A stretch of 14,376 nt of DNA from NCBI GenBank assembly GCA_051382305.1, contig JBBCAV010000106.1, positions 1 to 14,376 of the forward strand, in the 5' to 3' direction. This stretch comes from Bdellovibrionota bacterium FG-2 (GTDB taxonomy: Bacteria > Bdellovibrionota > UBA1018). A model generated the notes under the pieces. The model ran no database searches. It was not told where the DNA came from and saw nothing but the letters and a program-made list of their open reading frames with translations. Shown here one piece after another: positions 1-6,678 of this stretch (positions within the stretch are counted from its first letter, which is position 1; each line of letters begins with the position of its first letter). Both the position numbers and the translations under genes were made by a program.

Positions 1-75
1 GAAGCTCAGATTAAAGTTCTGATTCTAAATAGAATGAGCTGCATCGGTATGCCCAAGTCACATCCCGCGACATAA
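1..75 (+). CDS. IS5-family (IS903 group) transposase, last 24 aa (partial, runs off window start)
   Basis: Manual translation EAQIKVLILNRMSCIGMPKSHPAT, stop TAA at 73-75, followed by the terminal IR. Not in the ORF track. Confidence 0.85.
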   Translation, partial: EAQIKVLILNRMSCIGMPKSHPAT

Positions 76-109
76 CCGTCCCGCGCCCATCCCCCCGTTT
101 TGTCAGGGG

Positions 110-127
110 GAATTACGCAACAACGCC
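110..127. repeat. Terminal inverted repeat (IRR) of IS903-group element
   Basis: gaattacgcaacaacgcc. The element ends in ...AACAACGCC, i.e. 5'-GGC on the other strand, as in the IS903 group. The predicted 9-bp target duplication copy is AAAAGAAAC (128-136). Confidence 0.8.
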
Positions 128-188
128 AAAAGAAACTAGTGTATTTCCCACGCTTCAACTATCGGAAATTCGGAAGCGTCCCTTGAGA

Positions 189-740
189 TTAGTAGTGCGT
201 CAATAAAGTGACTGCTTGCCCGCAGATTAACCCCAGTATAACTCCGCCGAGGAGGTCGCTAGGAAAGTGAACGCCTAAATAGAATCTAGAAAAGCTCACG
301 AGCAGGGCCCAGACACCCACGACGGGTGCGATTGGGTGATGTGCGCTGGCCAAGGCGCAGAAAAAGGCTACTGAGGAGCTCGCGTGGGAGGATGGGAACG
401 AGCTATCGCTGGGCAACTGAACTTGGGCAGCATAATTTGTTATTTTTTGAGAGGGGCGTTTCCGCGCAATGATTCTCTTTATAATAGCTCCAGTGGCCCA
501 GGCGATGAATGCCGCAAGCATCGATCGTAAAAAGATCTCCTGCTGTCCAATAAAAATAATGCCCTTTCGGTCAAGAAGGATAAGAGGAGTGGAGATGAGA
601 AACCATGCTTTGCCTGTCCCTGAGTAGGTTATGGCCTTCAGTGCGAAAGTGATCGGAGTTCTTCTCCACTTTACGATAGTCCTCATGCTTGATTCGTCGA
701 AAGCTTCGATTCGTTTTAGTAGAGTTTGAACTTTAATCAT
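189..740 (-). CDS. PAP2-family membrane phosphatase (undecaprenyl-PP / phospholipid phosphatase-like)
   Basis: PAP2 motifs C1 IKRIIARKRP, C2 SFPSSH (PSGH variant) and C3 SRFYLGVHFPSD; several hydrophobic segments; starts 14 nt after the NtrC-like gene stop. Confidence 0.92.
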   Translation of the reverse strand: MIKVQTLLKRIEAFDESSMRTIVKWRRTPITFALKAITYSGTGKAWFLISTPLILLDRKGIIFIGQQEIFLRSMLAAFIAWATGAIIKRIIARKRPSQKITNYAAQVQLPSDSSFPSSHASSSVAFFCALASAHHPIAPVVGVWALLVSFSRFYLGVHFPSDLLGGVILGLICGQAVTLLTHY

Positions 741-754
741 TTATTCATTCGCCG

Positions 755-2245
755 CTAAATATACTCCCTCGCGGTGATCCCATACTTTTGCAACTTTCGA
801 AGCAAAGTCTTCTTCGGGATATTCGCGTGCAGCGCGGTCTGATTGATTCGACCCTTAAATGCGCGAAGAGCGCTCATTAAGAACTGTTTCTCGAACTCCT
901 CCTTATTTGCTTGGAAATCTAGACGATTGATATCAAGAGTAAATCCCACGGGATCGATCTTGGGTAATACTCCACCTTCAGCGCCAACAGCCACGGCCAT
1001 CTGTGCATCATCAAGATCAATCTCGTCAGAATCCTCATCGAGGTCTTTGAAACTTGTCTTCAGGCCTGGTCGTCGAGACCCACCGGTCAGCGAGTCGGGT
1101 AAGCTATCGACTGTCAAACGCTCCGTGGTCTCAATCACAAACGCATGTTCAATGACGTTCTCAAGTTCTCGAATGTTGCCAGGCCAAGCGTGGGCCTTAA
1201 GTAGGTCCATTGATTCGGGACTGAGGTCAACAATCTTCTTATTGTACTGTTGGTTAAACTTCTCGATGAAGTAATTGGCCAAGACTTCGACGTCATTGCG
1301 TCGTTCGCGAAGAGGGGGGAGTTGAATTGGCAATACGTTGAGGCGATAAAATAGGTCTTCGCGGAACTCGCCCTTTTTGATCATTTCTTCAAGGTTCCGG
1401 TTTGTGGCGGCCACAATACGTACGTTGACCTCGACTTCACGATTTGAGCCCACGGGTGTGAACTTCTTATCTTGCAGAACGCGCAACAGCTTGACCTGCA
1501 TACCCGGTGTGATGTCGCCGATTTCGTCTAGGAACAGGGTTCCGCCATCGGCATACTGAAACTTGCCAATCTTGCGCGAATCAGCGCCGGTGAAGGCGCC
1601 TTTTTCGTGACCGAAAAACTCGCTTTCAATTAGGTTCTCAGGAATCGCAGAACAGTTTACCGTGACAAAACGATTGTCTTTTCTTGGACTGTTAAAATGG
1701 AGGGCTTGAGCGACGAGCTCTTTTCCGGTTCCGCTTTCGCCGCGGATTAGAACGGCCGTTTCAACGCGCGCCAGCTTGTCAATGACGCTAAACACACGTT
1801 TCATTTCAGAGCTCTGTCCGACGAAATCCGTTCCATTGGGGAGCTTAATGTTCGGCGCGGATAAGGAGAGGCTCTTGACCATGTGCTTGGCCTTGAGTGC
1901 TTTTTCAAGCAGGTAGACCAAGTTCTCAGCTTTAATCGGTTTTTCAAGGTAGTTGTAAGCCCCTTCGCGGGTGGCCTCGATCGCGTCACGGATGTTTGAA
2001 AATGCCGTGAGGATAATCACAACCACCGAGGGGTCGTGGGCTTTGATTTCCTTGAGCGCTTCTAAGCCGCTAAGGCGAGGCATGTTCACATCCAGAAGAA
2101 CCAGATCATAATGTCCGGCTCGAACTCGATTGACACCTTCTTCGCCGTCTCTTGCCTGATCGACGTGAAAGTGATTCTCCGACAACGCGGAGGCCACGGA
2201 CATTCTCAAATCGGCATCATCATCAACAACGAGTACTCTAAACAT
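755..2245 (-). CDS. Sigma54-dependent response regulator (REC-AAA+-Fis HTH, NtrC/AtoC family)
   Basis: REC (VLVVDDD, LLDVNMP, YLEKP), Walker A GESGTGKE, intact GAFTGA, Walker B LFLDEIG, FREDLFYRLNV, WPGNIRELEN and a C-terminal HTH INQTALHANIPKKTLLRKL. Start moved to ATG 2245, which has a GAGGAG SD and an 8-nt overlap with the kinase gene end. Confidence 0.96.
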   Translation of the reverse strand: MFRVLVVDDDADLRMSVASALSENHFHVDQARDGEEGVNRVRAGHYDLVLLDVNMPRLSGLEALKEIKAHDPSVVVIILTAFSNIRDAIEATREGAYNYLEKPIKAENLVYLLEKALKAKHMVKSLSLSAPNIKLPNGTDFVGQSSEMKRVFSVIDKLARVETAVLIRGESGTGKELVAQALHFNSPRKDNRFVTVNCSAIPENLIESEFFGHEKGAFTGADSRKIGKFQYADGGTLFLDEIGDITPGMQVKLLRVLQDKKFTPVGSNREVEVNVRIVAATNRNLEEMIKKGEFREDLFYRLNVLPIQLPPLRERRNDVEVLANYFIEKFNQQYNKKIVDLSPESMDLLKAHAWPGNIRELENVIEHAFVIETTERLTVDSLPDSLTGGSRRPGLKTSFKDLDEDSDEIDLDDAQMAVAVGAEGGVLPKIDPVGFTLDINRLDFQANKEEFEKQFLMSALRAFKGRINQTALHANIPKKTLLRKLQKYGITAREYI

Positions 2246-4214
2246 ACTTCTGCTCCTCACTATTTTCGCCACTATTATGGGCCGTATCAATTGCCCGGGT
2301 CAATCCTGTTCCGACTGAATTATTTTCAATCGGAAGAAGAATTTTGAATGTGCTTCCAGAACCGAGTTCACTCAGAACCTCGACACGCCCGTTGTGGGCT
2401 TCCACAAAATATTTGGTAAGGTAAAGGCCAAGTCCGGTTCCGTTGACCCGGGCGGTCGCGTCGTTCTTGGCGCGATAAAATCGTGTAAAAAGGCTGTCGC
2501 GCTCGGTTTCTGTGAGGCCTTCACCCTGGTCTTGGACAGAGATTTCAACCCAGGCGTTATCAGCCGTTTCTTTGGATGAAACGAAGACGACAGACCCTTG
2601 GGGGGAGTATTTCATCGCATTATCAATGAGGTTATTGAGAACCTTCGAAATCAAAGTCGGATCAAGCTTAATCGGAAACAGGGGCTCGAGTTCTGATTGG
2701 ATCTTGATTCCCTTGGCTCGCGCCGGAGCCTTGAACCCTTCGAGGCATCGCTCAATGAGTTGATTGACGTCTTTGGATTCCAGTTGAATCCGGAGGAGTT
2801 TTGATTCCACTTTGTTGAGTTCCAATATGCTGGAGATAAAGCGATTGAGTTCTTCGCTTGAGCTAATGATGTGGCGAATGGTTTCTTGGTCGCGCTCAAT
2901 GAGGCGTGACGAAGCTTTGGCCATGAGCACTTCGGCCAGTCCTTGAATGCGTGCGACCGGGGTCTTTAAATCATGGGTCACGAGGGAGAGGAAGTTGGTC
3001 TTGAGTTCTTCAACTTGAACGAGAACTTCGTTCTTCTGCTGGAAATCCCAGCGTTGCTTGTATTCTTGAATGAGGCGATAGGGAACAGCAAGGTAGTAGG
3101 CGATGAAGACCCCGATGAGGGGCTGACTTTCTCGGATCCATATCCCTTGGGTATCGAGAAGGATTTGGCCAAACAGGAGAACGATCCCTGCCAGGATGAG
3201 CGACGAAAACACTCCGTAGAGCGGCGTCATTGTGAGTACCGCCCAGAGAACAAAACTGGTTACGCCAAGGGTAGTGAGCCAATTGACCGATGCTGGCGCA
3301 CGGACGATAGATTCTTGGTGCATCAGCGAGTCCAGGATATTGGCGTGGACAAGGATTTTTGGATTTCTAAATTGGACCTTGGAGTAGGGCGTTGATGCGA
3401 AGTCTGAGGAGTCATCCTTGAAAAGTGTTCCGACGAGGAGAATCTTGCCGCGCAACGAACCTACTGGAACTTTCCCATTGAGAATGTCGCTAAAAGATAT
3501 TCTGAGATACGGACTTTGAGTTTCTGTGGCACCGAGGGCGGTTGAGCCATGGTAACGGAAAAAGAAATAGCGGCTTTCTGCTTCAGGGACTTCGTAGCTA
3601 CCCGGGGCTTGGTATCCGTGAGGCACAAAGTTTAATCGCTCCGCAAGATCTAGATGAAAGGTAGGGCGGCCGTTGAGCGTAGTTAGGGCTCGACGAGTGA
3701 CTTTATCTTCGGCAAACACATTACCGTCTTTATGAAGGACGGCCACGGAGTGGGGGATGGAATTGAGAGGAAACGGCGGCGCAGTGAGATCATAAGGGGT
3801 TCCGAGTAGGACAACGCTTCCGCGGCTCTCAAGTCGCCGGGTCGCCTTGACAAAACGTGTGCCCCACTCCTTTCGGAGCAAATCGGGATTGGATTGATGA
3901 ACGAGGTTGAGGTTCACGAGGTATCCCACCGCTTTGGGTTCGTGAGCTTCAAGCGCTTCCATGAATCGAGTGTGAATATCTAGGGGAAGCGGTGCTGTCT
4001 CGTCGAGCTCGCTGGTTGTCTTATCATCGATGCTTATCAGGATGATGGAAGCGTCGGCTGCTTTTTGTGAGCCCTTTGAAATCCTAAAATCAAAAAGACT
4101 GGCTTCAAACAAATTGAAGTCCAAGTTCACAAGCACAGCGGTGAGGGCGAGCGCACCGGCGCAGATGAGGAGGGGTTTTTCAAATTTCTGAAGTAGCTTT
4201 TCCATTTGTAACAT
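2238..4214 (-). CDS. CHASE2-domain sensor histidine kinase
   Basis: N-terminal TM; CHASE2-like segments (ILISIDD, GKILLVG, VHANILDSL) followed by about 3 TMs; H-box THDLKTP, N-box NNLIDNAMKYS, DQGEG, FTRFYR, GTGLGL. Start is ATG 4214 or 4205; the track's TTG 4262 lies inside the sigma54 promoter. Confidence 0.92.
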   Translation of the reverse strand: MLQMEKLLQKFEKPLLICAGALALTAVLVNLDFNLFEASLFDFRISKGSQKAADASIILISIDDKTTSELDETAPLPLDIHTRFMEALEAHEPKAVGYLVNLNLVHQSNPDLLRKEWGTRFVKATRRLESRGSVVLLGTPYDLTAPPFPLNSIPHSVAVLHKDGNVFAEDKVTRRALTTLNGRPTFHLDLAERLNFVPHGYQAPGSYEVPEAESRYFFFRYHGSTALGATETQSPYLRISFSDILNGKVPVGSLRGKILLVGTLFKDDSSDFASTPYSKVQFRNPKILVHANILDSLMHQESIVRAPASVNWLTTLGVTSFVLWAVLTMTPLYGVFSSLILAGIVLLFGQILLDTQGIWIRESQPLIGVFIAYYLAVPYRLIQEYKQRWDFQQKNEVLVQVEELKTNFLSLVTHDLKTPVARIQGLAEVLMAKASSRLIERDQETIRHIISSSEELNRFISSILELNKVESKLLRIQLESKDVNQLIERCLEGFKAPARAKGIKIQSELEPLFPIKLDPTLISKVLNNLIDNAMKYSPQGSVVFVSSKETADNAWVEISVQDQGEGLTETERDSLFTRFYRAKNDATARVNGTGLGLYLTKYFVEAHNGRVEVLSELGSGSTFKILLPIENNSVGTGLTRAIDTAHNSGENSEEQKYV

Positions 4215-4245
4215 TCTTGTGCTCACTTCCACTACACTGGGTAAG

Positions 4246-4262
4246 AGCAATCGACGTACCAA
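4246..4262 (-). promoter_or_regulatory. Sigma54 (-24/-12) promoter of the CHASE2-HK/NtrC/PAP2 operon
   Basis: Minus strand TTGGTACGTCGATTGCT against consensus YTGGCACGNNNNTTGCW, with exact GG-N10-GC spacing. Predicted TSS ~4235, 21-30 nt before the start codon. Confidence 0.8.
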
Positions 4263-4296
4263 GTGGTGGCCTTTTGTCCCTGCTTTGATAAGTTTG

Positions 4297-4309
4297 TAAC
4301 CATTTGAAA
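4297..4309 (-). promoter_or_regulatory. Putative IHF binding site
   Basis: Minus strand TTTCAAATGGTTA has one mismatch to WATCAANNNNTTR, and lies between the sigma54 promoter and the putative enhancers. Confidence 0.5.
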
Positions 4310-4376
4310 TTGTGGGCCTAAATGTCGTGACTGTGGGCGGTGGATCATGGGTTGGAGGTGTGGTGTGTCCGCTAAG

Positions 4377-4393
4377 TGTCTAATCTTTTGACA
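4377..4393. promoter_or_regulatory. Putative sigma54 enhancer (UAS), TGTC-N9-GACA palindrome
   Basis: TGTCTAATCTTTTGACA (TGT-N11-ACA type), about 150 nt upstream of the predicted TSS. A degenerate second copy TGTCGTGACTGTGGGCG lies at 4323-4339. Confidence 0.55.
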
Positions 4394-4415
4394 ATCGAAT
4401 ACGAGGCAATCGTAA

Positions 4416-4468
4416 TTAATAAACTTTAATTTCGCTTTCATAAGACTCTAATCCCGGTCGCTTAGAGT
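4416..4468 (+). promoter_or_regulatory. Putative OmpR-family-activated promoter, copy 1 (upstream of micro-ORF and response regulator)
   Basis: TTAAT(4416), TTAAT(4426), TTCAT(4437), CTAAT(4448), then 10 nt, then -10 TAGAGT (4463-4468). Same geometry as 6619-6671. Confidence 0.6.
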
Positions 4469-4470
4469 CT
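4443..4470. repeat. Perfect 9-bp inverted repeat with 10-nt spacer
   Basis: AGACTCTAA (4443-4451) / TTAGAGTCT (4462-4470); an alternative pairing is CATAAGA (4439-4445) / TCTTATG (4472-4478). Confidence 0.75.
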
Positions 4471-4475
4471 CTCTT

Positions 4476-4538
4476 ATGGACACCTTGTATCCCGCTGTTG
4501 TGTGGCTAGCTCTTCTCGCGCTGATTCAAAGACTGTGA
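4476..4538 (+). CDS. Putative leaderless 20-aa hydrophobic micro-protein MDTLYPAVVWLALLALIQRL
   Basis: ATG lies 7 nt after the predicted -10 with no SD. The peptide has a continuous hydrophobic core (AVVWLALLALI) and ends in tandem stops TGA-TAG, 20 nt before the regulator ATG. Confidence 0.45.
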   Translation: MDTLYPAVVWLALLALIQRL

Positions 4539-4558
4539 TAGCGTGAGGGACAAAAGCT

Positions 4559-5230
4559 ATGAGACTTCTCGTTGTTGAAGATCAAAAGAAAATGTTGGGC
4601 TTTCTGAAAAAAGGCCTTACCGAGGCGGGCTACTCCGTGGATGCGGCTGATACTGGCGCGACCGCCGAGGCTTTGGCCGCCGAAAACACGTATGACCTCA
4701 TTGTCCTTGACGTGATGCTTCCGGATCAAAGTGGGTTAGATACCTCTCGGCATATGCGCCGTGATGGCTTTTCCGGCGCCATTCTCATGCTCACGGCATT
4801 GGCCGGGACTAAAGATAAAGTACAGGGTTTGGACGCGGGAGCGGATGACTACTTGACGAAGCCGTTTGCCTTTGAGGAACTCTTGGCCCGGGTGCGTGCG
4901 CTTTTGAGGCGGGGGACCCCTTCTGGGCAGCCTGTTTTGCGATTTTCGGATTTGGAGGTGGATCTTGTCACGCGCAAGGTCTGTCGTTTGGGGAAGGAGA
5001 TCCTGCTCACGGCAAAGGAATTTGCGCTTTTGGAGTTTTTCTTGCGGAATCCCAATCGGCCGCTTTCGCGTACTGAGATCAGTGAACACGTCTGGGACGT
5101 GCATTTTGATAGCGATAGTAATGTGATTGATGTGTACATTAATATGCTGCGAAAGAAAGTCGATCAACCGTTCAAGAAAAAGTTGATTCATACGATGGTT
5201 GGCGTGGGCTATGTCCTCAGGCAAGAGTAG
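4559..5230 (+). CDS. OmpR/PhoB-family DNA-binding response regulator (CusR/CzcR-like)
   Basis: MRLLVVED, VLDVMLP, GADDYLTKPF, winged helix LTAKEFALLE...SNVIDVYINMLRKKVD...IHTMVGVGY; SD GAGGGA at 4545-4550. Confidence 0.96.
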   Translation: MRLLVVEDQKKMLGFLKKGLTEAGYSVDAADTGATAEALAAENTYDLIVLDVMLPDQSGLDTSRHMRRDGFSGAILMLTALAGTKDKVQGLDAGADDYLTKPFAFEELLARVRALLRRGTPSGQPVLRFSDLEVDLVTRKVCRLGKEILLTAKEFALLEFFLRNPNRPLSRTEISEHVWDVHFDSDSNVIDVYINMLRKKVDQPFKKKLIHTMVGVGYVLRQE

Positions 5231-6632
5231 AGGGCTGCAGTTTCGTTTAACCGTGCTTTTTGTTGCCATTTTTGGAGTATTGCTTGTCCTATTTTGCACA
5301 CTTCTTTATGTGGAGTTTTCCCGGACCCAGCAGGCAGAGTTTGATGCCGCTCTCTTTAATCACGCCGTCGATATGTCTCAGACCATTGAGGTAGATTTTT
5401 TTGGCCGGCTTTCGATCCACTCGGATCAACTGGCGGAGGAGGGAAAAGTTTTTCCGTTCGCCCTAGGAAAAGCTTATCTCCAAATCAGCGATCAAAATGG
5501 CGAAATCCTAATGCGTTCGAGTAGCCTTGGGAGTCGCCAATTGCCTTTTTCCAAAGAGGATCAGGCGCTTTTGTTTGGGCAAAGAGTCACCTTTAAGACG
5601 TTTGAGCCGGGGGATCGATTGCCGTCTTACCGTTTGATTTCTTATTTGGTGGAGCGGCAGCCCGGCGTGCGTTTGATTTTGCAGATTGGCGTACCCTTAA
5701 ATCTTTTGGATCGCCAGAAAAGAGGGCTACTCGCATTCTTTCTAATCACGATTCCCTTGATCCTGGTTTTGGCAATCTTTGGTGGACTGCTCTTTTCAAG
5801 GCGGGCTTTGGATCCGGTCCGAGCTATTATTGAAAAGGCAAAAGAGATGAGCCCCTCGCAGCTGTCAGAGCGAGTTCCTGTTCCGGTTGAAAAAGACGAA
5901 TTACGGGAACTCGCACTTACGTTGAACCATCTTTTGGACCGCCTTCAGCAGTCCTTCGAGAGTCAGGAACGTTTCATTGCTGACGCCTCTCATCAGCTCA
6001 AGACCCCTCTTGCGATTTTGAGGGGCGAACTTGATGTCCTCAAAAGGCGCCCCAGGACAGTGGAGGAGACGAGTGGCTTTCTTGTGAGTGCTTCGCAAGA
6101 GGTCGAGTATCTTTCAAAGATGGTTGAAGATTTGCTCGTTTTGGCGCGTGTAGATGCGGGTTTCGGCACGCTTTCAATCAAGAAGGTTCGTGTGGACGAA
6201 CTGGCTCTTGAAGCGGTGTCACGCCTTGAGCGATTTGCGCAAACTAGGAAGGTGAAAATTCGGTTTAATTTAGGGGGCTCTGGTTCTTTTGAGATTTTAG
6301 GGGATTCAGATCTTCTGCAAGTGATGCTTCGAAATCTTCTAGAGAATGCAATTAAGTTTTCCCCAGAAGACAGTTGTGTCGAGGTCGAAGTGAACGATGA
6401 GCCTGCGTTTGTTTCCGTGAGAGTAAGTGATCGCGGGCCGGGGATTCCGCTCGAGGCAAGAGAGCGCATTTTTAGTCGATTTTTTAGGGCTGAAAATACG
6501 CGCAATTCAGTCGCTGGCGTAGGTCTCGGACTTCCTATTGCGAAGCGAATTATTGAAATTCATCAAGGAACAATTGAAGTGAGCGACGCTCATCCAGGCG
6601 CTTCATTTACTGTGAAGATTAAAAAGAATTAA
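5211..6632 (+). CDS. HAMP-domain sensor histidine kinase (CusS/QseC-like architecture)
   Basis: Two TMs flanking a periplasmic domain, HAMP (PVRAI...DELRELALTLNHLLDRL), H-box FIADASHQLKTPL, NLLENAIKFS, DRGPGI, GVGLGL. ATG 5211 overlaps the regulator's 3' end. Confidence 0.95.
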   Translation: MSSGKSRGLQFRLTVLFVAIFGVLLVLFCTLLYVEFSRTQQAEFDAALFNHAVDMSQTIEVDFFGRLSIHSDQLAEEGKVFPFALGKAYLQISDQNGEILMRSSSLGSRQLPFSKEDQALLFGQRVTFKTFEPGDRLPSYRLISYLVERQPGVRLILQIGVPLNLLDRQKRGLLAFFLITIPLILVLAIFGGLLFSRRALDPVRAIIEKAKEMSPSQLSERVPVPVEKDELRELALTLNHLLDRLQQSFESQERFIADASHQLKTPLAILRGELDVLKRRPRTVEETSGFLVSASQEVEYLSKMVEDLLVLARVDAGFGTLSIKKVRVDELALEAVSRLERFAQTRKVKIRFNLGGSGSFEILGDSDLLQVMLRNLLENAIKFSPEDSCVEVEVNDEPAFVSVRVSDRGPGIPLEARERIFSRFFRAENTRNSVAGVGLGLPIAKRIIEIHQGTIEVSDAHPGASFTVKIKKN

Positions 6633-6671
6633 TTTCCTATTAATGCCTCTTTAACGGCCCTTCGTTATTGT
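6619..6671 (+). promoter_or_regulatory. Putative OmpR-family-activated promoter, copy 2 (drives sRNA)
   Basis: TTAAA(6619), TTAAT(6629), TTAAT(6640), TTAAC(6651), then 10 nt, then -10 TATTGT (6666-6671). The boxes occupy the -35 region, and 11-bp TTAA direct repeats resemble PmrA/QseB-type sites. Confidence 0.65.
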
Positions 6672-6678
6672 TCTAACT

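Larger units (their letters stand above)
1..127 (+). mobile_element. Right end of an IS5-family (IS903 group) insertion sequence
   Basis: Frame +1, 1-75, reads EAQIKVLILNRMSCIGMPKSHPAT*, matching the LN(R/K)MxxxGMPxS C-terminus of IS903-group transposases. 110-127 reverse-complemented is GGCGTTGTTGCGTAATTC, 14/18 identical to the IS903 terminal IR as I recall it (GGCTTTGTTGAATAAATC). Confidence 0.88.

Noticed and set aside
150-179. Inverted repeat ACGCTTC/GAAGCGT downstream of PAP2 as a terminator
   Set aside because: 7-bp stem with a 16-nt loop and no adjacent U-tract on the minus strand; too weak to call.
733-748. TTAAT/TTCAT at 11-bp spacing as a third regulator box set
   Set aside because: Only two boxes, overlapping the PAP2 start in an AT-rich junction, with no correctly placed -10; likely chance.
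843-3395. ORFs overlapping the NtrC and CHASE2 genes (843-1274, 1377-1559, 1801-1989, 2111-2347, 2394-2579, 2512-2763, 2651-2899, 2973-3395, 2978-3172, 3010-3282)
   Set aside because: Antisense or off-frame shadows of well-supported genes, with no recognisable motifs.
4232-4441. 69-aa minus-strand ORF in the divergent intergenic region
   Set aside because: No recognisable protein features, and it runs through the enhancer, IHF and sigma54 elements.
4526-6505. Minus-strand ORFs opposite the OmpR-type pair (4526-4729, 4736-5299, 4849-5139, 5901-6098, 5993-6505)
   Set aside because: Antisense shadows of the conserved regulator and kinase frames.
4559-6632. Naming the pair cusRS/czcRS
   Set aside because: Family resemblance only; no metal efflux or resistance genes nearby and no clear metal-binding sensor motif.
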